From assembly GCF_046119375.1 (NCBI RefSeq), contig NW_027362761.1, positions 494,202,001 through 494,266,000 on the forward strand: DNA of 64,000 nucleotides, written 5' to 3'. The notes below the pieces were generated by a model, which did not search any database, was not told the origin of the DNA, and worked only from the letters and a program-made list of their open reading frames with translations. Shown piece after piece: positions 52,409 through 64,000 of the stretch. Both the position numbers and the translations under genes were made by a program. The stretch's first letter is position 1, and the number at the start of each line of letters is the position of its first letter. The DNA comes from Phyllobates terribilis. Lineage: Eukaryota.

Positions 52409-52917
52409 TGTTACAGAGCCCTTCTCAGGTGCCAATAGCAGGGTGGCTGGCGGCTGGGCACACTGGGCATAGTTGGGTCAAACACACCATCCAGTCACCT
52501 GGCCTCATGGAGATGTTTGGAGAAGCCAGGTTGCGACAATCCGATCACCTGATTCCATGGAGACATTTGGGGAAGCCAGGTTGGGATCAACAGGTCAACC
52601 GGTCACCTGGCCACATGCCTCAATGGACTGTCAGCTTCCTAAGCTTGTCGTTACCTCCTCTGTTTTGGTGCCCACCAAAAACGGGGTGCCACTGGTGGGG
52701 GTAGTTGGCCCTGGAAGCCCCAGAGTCACAGTTGCTCTAATCCCGGAGAGTCAGCGGAAGGGTGAGACTCTGTAATTTTGCACCATCTTGTGTATTTGCT
52801 GGGACTGTTCTATATATTATTGTCTGGTGGTTCAATAAAGTTTTGCCACACTGTTTTACCCTCACACTGTGTTGTCTGAGTAGTGTTCTACACACGGGAG
52901 ACCCCTGTGTCTCCACA
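52409..52917 (+). mobile_element. Probable solo LTR
   Basis: TGTTACA...CTCCACA termini, AATAAA ~52834, TSD GGAC/GGAT (3/4 match), inserted in a GGGGACATTATTACAGGAT minisatellite. Confidence 0.55.
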
Positions 52918-55518
52918 GGATGGGAACAATATTAAAGGATGGGGATATTATTACAAGATGGGCAACATTATTATAGGATGGATACAGTATTACAGGATGG
53001 GATAGTGTTACAGCATGGGGGATGTTATTACTAGCTGGGGGACATTTTTATAGGAAAGGGAACATTATTACAGCAAGGGGGACATTATTACAGGATGGGG
53101 GACATTATTACAGGGGTTTGAAATCAAAGTAAACACAAAAAGTACACATTTAGTATTGCTGAGTCTGGAATGACCCAATCTATAAAACCATACTGTCCAT
53201 AACCCATACGATGAAGAAAAAACACTACAAAAATGTTCATTATACTTACACACAAAAAAATGAACAAAAAGTAATCAAAAAGTTGTATAAAAAAAAATGG
53301 TATCACTGAAAATGTCATCTCATCCCGCAAAAAATGCTGCCTGTCAATTTTTTTTTATATATGTGGCCCATTTACCCCGCCGAGTTTGAAGCCTCTTTTG
53401 TAGTCCCTTCATCTTTCCAGAAATTTCTACCTCACCATTTGTCAAGGTCAATAAACTACCTAAAAGTTCTTCCACTGCATCTTGCTGGATTGTCTACATG
53501 CAGCTGGTCAGACTAGTGAAGAGCGGATAGCAAGTACCTAACATTGCCTGTACAGAGATTTGTGCTCACATCCGTTGGACACATCTCACCAACATAAATA
53601 GGTAGAAAAATAAGCTGTGTATGTGACGCGCCCCCTGGGCCATATTCAGGGGATACCCGGAGCCGGATCTGGATAGGGGTAGTAGTCCTTGTGGCGGTGA
53701 CCCGGTCCGTGCCCAGGGTGTCAAACTAAGTGGCAGTCTATGGCAGTAGATGTTAACTTGGATGTCGACTACGCCACCCGTTGAGTGCGGCTTTGCAGCC
53801 GCCGCTGCAGAACAGTCCGCTGAGGCCAGTGGTATGGGTGCAGCGATGATGTTATAACCCCCAACGGGAGGGGTATGGCCTCAGGGCAGCAGGGATAGAT
53901 GATGGGGGTGATGGTGGTACACGAGCGCAACAAAGACAACTCGGAGTCTTGGTGGTGCAGTTCAGGGTCTTTACTCACGGTTACTCGGTTACTGCTCCAG
54001 GCCACCTCTCCAGAGGTGGCCGCCTGTGTCGCGCTGTGCTCACCAGGTGAGGGGCTCGGTTAACTCCCAGGTCTTTCTGGAGTGCTTTGCAGGACCCCCT
54101 TTATGTCCCCTGTCTCTGGTCTTCAACCCCACTAGTGACCACGCTTATGTCCAGCTGCCTCGGACCTTCTTGGTGGGCAAACGTTGGCCTGCGTTTCCCA
54201 GGTCCTATGTGGTGCCTTTCTAGCGGGTGTGGTGAGGGGCTGCTCCACATGTAATGTCGCAGCCTCCGGTTCTTAGTTGAGGGTAGTTTCTCTCCTCCAC
54301 TAATTTGGGATCCGGTTCCCATCTTCTTGACCTGACCCCCCTACTCAGGTAGCGGCGGGCGTGTGGTGGCTACCAGCCAGTCCACACCCCTGGGGTCCCC
54401 TCTGTCCTTTCTGGAGCCCAGTCTGCTCCCCTTCCTCCTTCTTCCCTCCTCCAGGCTCAGGCCTCCTGACAGGGCCTGCCTGTGGAGCAGAGCCCATAAA
54501 GCAGCTCTGCTCCCTGTCTTCTCCTCTCTCAACTCACTCCCTTTCCAAGATGGTGCCTCCCTTTATACTCCTGTACAGAGTGCACCCAGGATCTACTTCC
54601 CCCACGCACACACTACCGGGTTCCCTTCTCTAGGTGTTCCCTCCCCCCACTCCAGCCAGGGACATGCTCACTCGTGCCTGCATAACTAATGGGAGCACCG
54701 TCAAGCTGTCCCCCGGAAATGTGGTGTAGTGCATGTGGGTGTTAGGGTCCTGAGCCACACTCCATCCTTACCTGGAAGTGAGATATCGCACATCTGGGTG
54801 AGATGCAATACCTCTGTAGCAACCGAACCCTCGGGGTGCTACATTCCCCCCTGGCAAAACCCAGCACGTCCGCGGGCTGGAACTAAGCAAAAGACAGGGT
54901 ATACATTAGAACATGCAAATTTTTCATAAACAACAAGTATAACAGGTATCAACATTCAGTTTCCCTTTATGGGAACGGCTCTCTCTTAAACGGTATAAGT
55001 GCATATGTACTGTTCTGGAACTCTTTTTCATAGTAACACATTCTAGCATATAAATTTTTCATATAAAACATTTCTAGCAGCAGATCCACGAAGAAGTCTC
55101 TTTATAACAGGTCACAGTTATTCTGCAACCATGTGTCCATTTTCCTAAAACAGGGAGACGTAACCAGGTAGGGGTCTGTCCTGCCCCGAGTCCTTAACAG
55201 TCTTTTAGTCCATCCTGGGTTACGCTCCACTAACTGTACAAAGGATTCCCGGTAAATCCACCAAGGACTCCTATACATTACTAGAAACACATAATTATTT
55301 ACAGGATATGGCCGCTCTCAGTCCTCGGCCAGGTAGGGGTGGCTGTTCTCAGTCCCCAGCCAGTTAGAGGGAAAAAGGGGTGGCTGTTCTCAGTCCCCAG
55401 CCAGGTAGGGGGTAAGGGAAACAGTTCTCTTTCTGTCCCAACGGGGACCACACTCTTAGTGGAAACAGTCCCACAACAGTCCTTATACCCGGTCGGGTAA
55501 CTATTTACATCTCCTCTT

Positions 55519-55938
55519 TTACCGTTTACGATTAACGGTGTGCTCCACACGCTCCTTTCTCTTTCTCAGGTTCAGACCCATCCGGGCCCTCTTGGTACTC
55601 GGGGTCTGAGTGGTACTGTTAATGACGCCCGGGGTCAGGGGGTGCGACTTTGGGCCTGGGCGCGGGCTGGTGGTGGCAGTGCCCAGGTCTGGAGGGCTCG
55701 GCTGCAGGGCTTGTTGCGGGGTCCGGAGCAGGTCTGCGTCTGCAGCGCCCGGGATCGGCGGCTCCACCGGGTGGCCCGGGAGCAGGCTGACGCTGGCAGC
55801 GTCCGGGACAGGGAGACTCCTCTTACCTGCTCCCGCGACCGCTCCTGCGTCACGCGTCTTCTCCTGGTGCTGGTCGGGGCCCGCGACGGCTGGGGCGCTG
55901 CCGATGCTGGGCAGCTTAGTCTGCTGCCGGTCCGCCAT
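55519..55938 (-). CDS. 139-aa Pro/Ala-rich ORF with basic C-terminus in the gag position of element B (copy 1)
   Basis: Good Kozak context AAGATGGCG, position analogous to the gag start, intact in both copies. No recognisable domain. Confidence 0.4.
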   Translation of the reverse strand: MADRQQTKLPSIGSAPAVAGPDQHQEKTRDAGAVAGAGKRSLPVPDAASVSLLPGHPVEPPIPGAADADLLRTPQQALQPSPPDLGTATTSPRPGPKSHPLTPGVINSTTQTPSTKRARMGLNLRKRKERVEHTVNRKR

Positions 55939-58297
55939 CTTGCTGTCCGTTCCTGGTGTCCTCCTCCCCCCTGGTGGACCGTGGCCTACCTGGCGATGAT
56001 CCTCTTCCGTAGGCCGCGGCTCCGCAGTTGATCATCAGGGTCGAGGACCTTCTGTCGCGCTCCAGTGACGTCGGCGTCTGCTGGGCTCCTTCCAGGACCT
56101 TACGCAACGTCCGGACGTGAGGCGGGGCTTCAGTTCTCGCGCACTTTCGGAGTCCACGCACCTCTTCTTCCCGCGCGGCGTCCTCAAGATGGCGCCCAAT
56201 GGCGGGAAAACTCCACAGATGGCGGGAAGAAGGCTGAAGATGGCGCCGGATGGCGGGAATCTTCACGGATGGCGGGAAGAAGGCTGAAGATGGCGCCGGA
56301 TGGCAGGAAAACTTCACGGATGGTAAGTTTTAAAAGTCTCTTTTTCAGGCACGCAGTACCCGGTGGTTGCGGGCACGAAATCCTGCCGACTACGCCAAAA
56401 GTTGACGCGCCCCCTGGGCCATATTCAGGGGATACCCGGAGCCGGATCTGGATAGGGGTAGTAGTCCTTGTGGCGGTGACCCGGTCCGTGCCCAGGGTGT
56501 CAAACTAAGTGGCAGTCTATGGCAGTAGATGTTAACTTGGATGTCGACTACGCCACCCGTTGAGTGCGGCTTTGCAGCCGCCGCTGCAGAACAGTCCGCT
56601 GAGGCCAGTGGTATGGGTGCAGCGATGATGTTATAACCCCCAACGGGAGGGGTATGGCCTCAGGGCAGCAGGGATAGATGATGGGGGTGATGGTGGTACA
56701 CGAGCGCAACAAAGACAACTCGGAGTCTTGGTGGTGCAGTTCAGGGTCTTTACTCACGGTTACTCGGTTACTGCTCCAGGCCACCGCTGCAGAGGTGGCC
56801 GCCTGTGTCGCGCTGTGCTCACCAGGTGAGGGGCTCGGTTAACTCCCAGGTCTTTCTGGAGTGCTTTGCAGGACCCCCTTTATGTCCCCTGTCTCTGGTC
56901 TTCAACCCCACTAGTGACCACGCTTATGTCCAGCTGCCTCGGACCTTCTTGGTGGGCAAACGTTGGCCTGCGTTTCCCAGGTCCTATGTGGTGCCTTTCT
57001 AGCGGGTGTGGTGAGGGGCTGCTCCACATGTAATGTCGCAGCCTCCGGTTCTTAGTTGAGGGTAGTTTCTCTCCTCCACTAATTTGGGATCCGGTTCCCA
57101 TCTTCTTGACCTGACCCCCCTACTCAGGTAGCGGCGGGCGTGTGGTGGCTACCAGCCAGTCCACACCCCTGGCGTCCCCTCTGTCCTTTCTGGAGCCCAG
57201 TCTGCTCCCCTTCCTCCTTCTTCCCTCCTCCAGGCTCAGGCCTCCTGACAGGGCCTGCCTGTGGAGCAGAGCCCATAAAGCAGCTCTGCTCCCTGTCTTC
57301 TCCTCTCTCAACTCACTCCCTTTCCAAGATGGTGCCTCCCTTTATACTCCTGTACAGAGTGCACCCAGGATCTACTTCCCCCACGCACACACTACCGGGT
57401 TCCCTTCTCTAGGTGTTCCCTCCCCCCACTCCAGCCAGGGACATGCTCACTCGTGCCTGCATAACTAATGGGAGCACCGTCAAGCTGTCCCCCGGAAATG
57501 TGGTGTAGTGCATGTGGGTGTTAGGGTCCTGAGCCACACTCCATCCTTACCTGGAAGTGAGATATCGCACATCTGGGTGAGATGCAATACCTCTGTAGCA
57601 ACCGAACCCTCGGGGTGCTACATTCCCCCCTGGCAAAACCCAGCACGTCCGCGGGCTGGAACTGAGCAAAAGACAGGGTATACATTAGAACATGCAAATT
57701 TTTCATAAACAACAAGTATAACAGGTATCAACATTCAGTTTCCCTTTATGGGAACGGCTCTCTCTTAAACGGTATAAGTGCATATGTACTGTTCTGGAAC
57801 TCTTTTTCATAGTAACACATTCTAGCATATAAATTTTTCATATAAAACATTTCTAGCAGCAGATCCACGAAGAAGTCTCTTTATAACAGGTCACAGTTAT
57901 TCTGCAACCATGTGTCCATTTTCCTAAAACAGGGAGACGTAACCAGGTAGGGGTCTGTCCTGCCCCGAGTCCTTAACAGTCTTTTAGTCCATCCTGGGTT
58001 ACGCTTCACTAACTGTACAAAGGATTCCCGGTAAATCCACCAAGGACTCCTATACATTACTAGAAACACATAATTATTTACAGGATATGGCCGCTCTCAG
58101 TCCTCGGCCAGGTAGGGGTGGCTGTTCTCAGTCCCCAGCCAGTTAGAGGGAAAAAGGGGTGGCTGTTCTCAGTCCCCAGCCAGGTAGGGGGTAAGGGAAA
58201 CAGTTCTCTTTCTGTCCCAACGGGGACCACACTCTTAGTGGAAACAGTCCCACAACAGTCCTTATACCCGGTCGGGTAACTATTTACATCTCCTCTT

Positions 58298-58717
58298 TTA
58301 CCGTTTACGATTAACGGTGTGCTCCACACGCTCCTTTCTCTTTCTCAGGTTCAGACCCATCCGGGCCCTCTTGGTACTCGGGGTCTGAGTGGTACTGTTA
58401 ATGACGCCCGGGGTCAGGGGGTGCGACTTTGGGCCTGGGCGCGGGCTGGTGGTGGCAGTGCCCAGGTCTGGAGGGCTCGGCTGCAGGGCTTGTTGCGGGG
58501 TCCGGAGCAGGTCTGCGTCTGCAGCGCCCGGGATCGGCAGCTCCACCGGGTGGCCCGGGAGCAGGCTGACGCTGGCAGCGTCCGGGACAGGGAGACTCCT
58601 CTTACCTGCTCCCGCGACCGCTCCTGCGTCACGCGTCTTCTCCTGGTGCTGGTCGGGGCCCGCGACGGCTGGGGCGCTGCCGATGCTGGGCAGCTTAGTC
58701 TGCTGCCGGTCCGCCAT
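58298..58717 (-). CDS. 139-aa ORF of element B (copy 2)
   Basis: One amino-acid difference (P/L) from copy 1. Confidence 0.4.
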   Translation of the reverse strand: MADRQQTKLPSIGSAPAVAGPDQHQEKTRDAGAVAGAGKRSLPVPDAASVSLLPGHPVELPIPGAADADLLRTPQQALQPSPPDLGTATTSPRPGPKSHPLTPGVINSTTQTPSTKRARMGLNLRKRKERVEHTVNRKR

Positions 58718-60673
58718 CTTGCTGTCCGTTCCTGGTGTCCTCCTCCCCCCTGGTGGACCGTGGCCTACCTGGCGATGATCCTCTTCCGTAGGCCGCGGCT
58801 CCGCAGTTGATCATCAGGGTCGAGGACCTTCTGTCGCGCTCCAGTGACGTCGGCGTCTGCTGGGCTCCTTCCAGGACCTTACGCAACGTCCGGACGTGAG
58901 GCGGGGCTTCAGTTCTCGCGCACTTTCGGAGTCCACGCCCCTCTTCTTCCCGCGCGGCGTCCTCAAGATGGCGCCCAATGGCGGGAAAACTCCACAGATG
59001 GCGGGAAGAAGGCTGAAGATGGCGCCGGATGGCGGGAATCTTCACGGATGGCGGGAAGAAGGCTGAAGATGGCGCCGGATGGCAGGAAAACTTCACGGAT
59101 GGTAAGTTTTAAAAGTCTCTTTTTCAGGCACGCAGTACCCGGTGGTTGCGGGCACGAAATCCTGCCGACTACGCCAAAAGTTGACGCGCCCCCTGGGCCA
59201 TATTCAGGGGATACCCGGAGCCGGATCTGGATAGGGGTAGTAGTCCTTGTGGCGGTGACCCGGTCCGTGCCCAGGGTGTCAAACTAAGTGGCAGTCTATG
59301 GCAGTAGATGTTAACTTGGATGTCGACTACGCCACCCGTTGAGTGCGGCTTTGCAGCCGCCGCTGCAGAACAGTCCGCTGAGGCCGGTGGTATGGGTGCA
59401 GCGATGATGTTATAACCCCCAACGGGAGGGGTATGGCCTCAGGGCAGCAGGGATAGATGATGGGCGTGATGGTGGTACACGAGCGCAACAAAGACAACTC
59501 GGAGTCTTGGTGGTGCAGTTCAGGGTCTTTACTCACGGTTACTCGGTTACTGCTCCAGGCCACCACTGCAGAGGTGGCCGCCTGTGTCGCGCTGTGCTCA
59601 CCAGGTGAGGGGCTCGGTTAACTCCCAGGTCTTTCTGGAGTGCTTTGCAGGACCCCCTTTATGTCCCCTGTCTCTGGTCTTCAACCCCACTAGTGACCAC
59701 GCTTATGTCCAGCTGCCTCGGACCTTCTTGGTGGGCAAACGTTGGCCTGCGTTTCCCAGGTCCTATGTGGTGCCTTTCTAGCGGGTGTGGTGAGGGGCTG
59801 CTCCACATGTAATGTCGCAGCCTCCGGTTCTTAGTTGAGGGTAGTTTCTCTCCTCCACTAATTTGGGATCCGGTTCCCATCTTCTTGACCTGACCCCCCT
59901 ACTCAGGTAGCGGCGGGCGTGTGGTGGCTACCAGCCAGTCCACACCCCTGGGGTCCCCTCTGTCCTTCCTGGAGCCCAGTCTGCTCCTCTTCCTCCTTCT
60001 TCCCTCCTCCAGGCTCAGGTCTCCTGACAGGGCCTGCCTGTGGAGCAGAGCCCATAAAGCAGCTCTGCTCCCTGTCTTCTCCTCTCTCAACTCACTCCCT
60101 TTCCAAGATGGTGCCTCCCTTTATACTCCTGTACAGAGTGCACCCAGGATCTACTTCCCCCACGCACACACTACCGGGTTCCCTTCTCTAGGTGTTCCCT
60201 CCCCCCACTCCAGCCAGGGACATGCTCACTCGTGCCTGCATAACTAATGGGAGCACCGTCAAGCTGTCCCCCGGAAATGTGGTGTAGTGCATGTGGGTGT
60301 TAGGGTCCTGAGCCACACTCCATCCTTACCTGGAAGTGAGATATCGCACATCTGGGTGAGATGCAATACCTCTGTAGCAACCGAACCCTCGGGGTGCTAC
60401 ATATGATCATAAAACTGGGGCACTTCTTATTTATTTGAGTAGGAGGTTCTTGGCTTGAAAGCATTACTTTACATGTTGGATTTCCAAAAGTGACAACCCC
60501 AAACAACATCTAGTAAAATTTTGTTAATGTGTTCTCCACAGGAACAACACGGCACAAGAGCAGGCGGACCAGTCACCACCTATTGGAGCGTATTGGACAT
60601 TTATGTGTGACATGTCATCTCTATGGATTTTATTTTGCTGGCAAACACAGCGAATGGGAGTCAGTAGTTTTAA

Positions 60674-62210
60674 AGGGGCCTGTCACATGCAAAAAATGCT
60701 TTTAACCTGCAGATATGGGATTAATCTGCAGGCCTATAGCGTTCTGAACCTCCCACAGCACTTTTAGCCTCACTGCCAGGAGGAAATTAACTTTTTTCCT
60801 CCCAGCAGCGTTCGGGTTTCAGTCACTTGGGTGGTGCCTGGACATTTTCAGTCACCGCTCTGTGTACAGTATAGCAAGCAGTGGCTGTAGCCGCATCCTT
60901 GGCACTGGCTGACAGCTCACTCAGCATTAGACGGTGACTGGACCTCTCCCAGCACCGCCCCCGAATGCTGTCAGGAGGAATAAAGGTAATTTCTTCTTGG
61001 CAGTTGGGGTCTAAGTCTGGGCAACAGGCAGGTTCAGAATGCTATTAAGTTAACCTGCAGATTAACCCCACGGCTCATTGAGTCTCACGGCTTTCAGTAT
61101 CATCTCTATGCTAATGATAAACAGATCTACCTCTCTGGACCCGATATTACATCCTTACTAACCAGAATCCCACAATGTCTGTCTGCTATTTCATCTTTCT
61201 TCGCTGCTATATTTCTAAAACTTAACATGGACAAAACAGAATTTATCATCTTTCCCCCATCTCACTCAACCCCCCCAACAGACCTATCCATCAATATCAA
61301 TGGCTGCTTACTCTCCCTAGTCCCGCCAGCTTGCTGCCTTGGAGTAACCCTTGACTCTGATCTCCCCTGCAAACCACATATCTAAGCCCTTTCCACTTCT
61401 TGCCGACTCCAACTCAAAAATATTTCCCTGATCCGCTCATTCCTTAACCAAGAATCTACAAAAACACTAGTGTATGCCCTCATCATCTCCCGTCTTGGCT
61501 ACTGCAACCTCCTGCTTTTTGCCCTCCCCTCTAACACTCTTGCACCCCTCCAATCTATTCTAAACTCTGCTGCCCGACCTATCCCCCTCTCCCCCCGCTA
61601 TTCCCCGGCTTCTCCTCTCTGTCAATCCCTTCACTGGCTCCCCATTGCCCAGAGACTCCAGTTCAAAACCCTAACCATGGCATACAAAGCCATCCACAAC
61701 CTGTCTCCTCCATACATTTGTGACTTAGTCTCCCGGTACTTACCTGCACGCAACCTCGGATCCTCACAAGATCTCCGTCCCTACTCCCGTCTTATCTCCT
61801 CTTCCTACAATCACATATAAGATTTCTCCCGTGCATCCCCCTACTCTAGAACTCTCTACCCCAGCATATCAGGCTCTCGCCTACCGTGGAAACCTTCAAA
61901 AGGAACCTGAAAACCTACCTCTTCCGACAAGCCTACAATCTGAATTAACCCTCGTTTCACCATACCACTGCATGACCAGCTCTACCCCCACCTACTGTAT
62001 CCTCACCCATCCCATGTAAATTGTGAGCCCTTGTGGGCAGGGTCCTCTCTCCTCCTGTACCAGTTGGTGACTTGTATTGTTCACCGTTATTGTACTTGTT
62101 GCTTGCTATGTATACCCCTTTTCACATGTAAAGCGCCAAAATGACGCTATAATAGTAATAAATAATAATATCTGCAGGTTAATAGCATTTTTGCATGTGA
62201 CAGGTTCCCT
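60674..62210. mobile_element. T2/Kolobok-type MITE interrupted by an L2 fragment
   Basis: TTAA|AGGGGCCTGTCACATGCAAAAA ... TTTTTGCATGTGACAGGTTCCCT termini. Confidence 0.75.
61071..62168 (+). mobile_element. 5'-truncated L2 LINE (RT C-terminus and 3' UTR)
   Basis: LKLNMDKTEFIIFPP, ALIISRLGYCNLLL, LQSILNSAAR and LHWLPIAQRLQFK motifs; (TAA)n-like tail. Confidence 0.9.
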
Positions 62211-63104
62211 ATAAAAGTGACAGGTTCATTTTTTTTAAGTTTGACTTATTTAGACTCCTTGAAAGGCTGTTTCCACTTTTGCAACCATATTTTTTATCAT
62301 CGCAATACATTTAATACATACAATTAAATGGAAATTATATTACAATTTCAACATTGCAAAATGTCTTTCTTAAAACTTTTCTGCTATTCCCTGTGTGCGT
62401 CTCCCGTGCTTCCATTGTAACAGACTACAAACATTCTCGGAATAGTCTGATCAAGCATATTCCTTTCGGTTTGTTTGCTACTTATTATTGGAATCTGAGG
62501 CCTCTGGTACCAATTCTCTGATTGATACCTTGTTTCATAGCAGTTATTTCACATACAGTATCTTATAAAAATTCAATAAAGTTAATTTAAAAAGGAAGCA
62601 GGGAATACAGGGCTGTCTAGCTGTGGGGAGCCGGCTGTCGATCAGCATGACGTCGGCAGTGAAGCCCCGTGAACAGAGCAGACTGGAAAAGAAGCCGCTG
62701 CTCTGATGACATGAGGACAAAAGGAAGCAGAGGAATTGCCTCCTGAACAAGAGATCTTCGTAGGGCAGAAGATGTACCGTAGTTAATGAGCAACTTTATT
62801 CCCTTTCCTTTAGTACCAAATAAGGGGGAGAGGAAAATAGGTGTAAAGGAAAGGGAATAAAGGGGTTTCCAGGGTTAGAAAACAAAGACATGCCTGGATT
62901 GTGTGTGTTGTACAAACTGATTCATTTTTCGTCTATTCATCATTTACACAATAGAGGCATCCGGTCTGCTAGTGTTATAAGAACACGGGGGAATGAATCA
63001 AGGCATTTTTTTTACAGCTTTTCACACACATTGCTGTAGGCTATATTTGCTCAGAAATGTGTGACTTTTGCCATTTTTAATACTTTTTAAATGGGTGAAA
63101 AGAT

Positions 63105-63576
63105 TTCAAAGATTCCAAGATTTCTCACGTGCTGCCCCAATTCTTTGCAATGCACTACCCAGGACAGTTCAATTAATTACCAATACCCACAGTTTCAAGA
63201 GGACCCTAAAAACCCATTTCTTTAGACTGGTGTATCGCCTCAACACACTATCTATCTATCCCAGTTTTGGCCCATATTAAAATCTTCTTCAATTTAAGGT
63301 TCATACTATCCATGCACTTAATAGCCTCGGTCAGGACTGTACACATACTGGCTGGCGACCAGTCCATGTATTATTTATCCTATATAGTATATCAAGGCTG
63401 CATTATACAATATATGTACATTTTACCTTTTGTGTCTCCCCCATTTCCTCATAGACTGTAAGCTTGCGAGCAGGGCCCCTCACTCCTTTCGATATGAGAT
63501 ATGCTTATTCTGTATTGTCTGTATAAGTCCCCACTAAAATTGTGCTGCGGAATAGGTTGGCGCTATAAAAATAAAA

Positions 63577-63610
<34 letters not shown>
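63105..63610 (+). mobile_element. L2 3'-end fragments with (TTA)n tail
   Basis: QDFSRAAPILCNALP...FKRTLKTHFF; tail TGTGCTGCGGAATAGGTTGGCGCTATAAAAATAAAAA(TTA)n. Confidence 0.75.
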
Positions 63611-63612
<2 letters not shown>

Positions 63613-64000
63613 AAAAGCAAATGTGGTTAGCTATGCAGATAAGGTTTAAGCTAGATTGATGAATTGCAAGTTTTTAAAAAGTAGCAAACTAGTATGAGCA
63701 AGGAGGAAAATAAAATGAATAATCGCTCCAGACCAATGTGTAATACTTAAAGATGCAACAAATTTATCAAACATTGTGGGGTACTTTGGCACAAAAGTTG
63801 GCAACGCAGCAACAAGCAAAACTGACAAAACATTCCACTCACACTATCTCTCGTCCACCGGTGTTGTTCACACTGGTCTTAACGAGTGGGCATGTTGGAG
63901 TAAGAGGCACCTGATTTATTAAGTGGTACACTCCTCTTAATGAATCTGACGTATGTGAAAAGTGGCGTGCGCCTCCTTGTACCATGCGACAAATCTTACT

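Larger units (their letters stand above)
50690..53335. mobile_element. Fragmented piggyBac-like non-autonomous element with nested MITE, solo LTR and 20-bp minisatellite
   Basis: Segments such as AAAATGGTATCA..AAAATGTCA...CGCAAAAAA (~53290-53335) resemble the reverse complement of the 16593-17663 interior. Termini were not found. Confidence 0.45.
53624..60401 (-). mobile_element. Element B: tandem non-autonomous LTR retroelement (LTR-int-LTR-int-LTR, 2779-bp period)
   Basis: LTRs 53624-54843, 56403-57622 and 59182-60401. One outer TSD TATG. PBS tRNA-Ser at 56380-56397 and 59159-59176; PPT GGGGGGAA. TATAAA (54562-54567) and AGTAAA (53970-53975) on the minus strand. Confidence 0.95.

Overview
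Eukaryotic, repeat-saturated DNA, most likely from a frog. That assignment is inferred from the V-SINE, T2/Kolobok-type MITEs and the Tc1/hAT/piggyBac families typical of anurans. No host gene could be identified. The window holds a near-complete but disabled Gypsy LTR retrotransposon (29072-37429, minus strand) and two related non-autonomous LTR elements. Element A (2818-7464) carries, instead of gag-pol, one 362-aa ORF ending in a cold-shock (RNA-binding) domain. Element B (53624-60401) is an LTR-int-LTR-int-LTR tandem with a 139-aa ORF. All three use tRNA-Ser primers and share predicted leader and 3'-UTR RNA structures. Their LTRs also carry a second, U5-internal copy of the primer-binding motif that co-varies with the primer tRNA. 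The rest comprises solo LTRs, three dead Tc1 elements, a 6.1-kb hAT transposon, a non-autonomous Helitron, CR1 and L2 fragments, MITEs, minisatellites and a 132-N assembly gap. Best novelty candidate: a Gypsy-dependent satellite retroelement family carrying cargo genes such as a cold-shock-domain protein.
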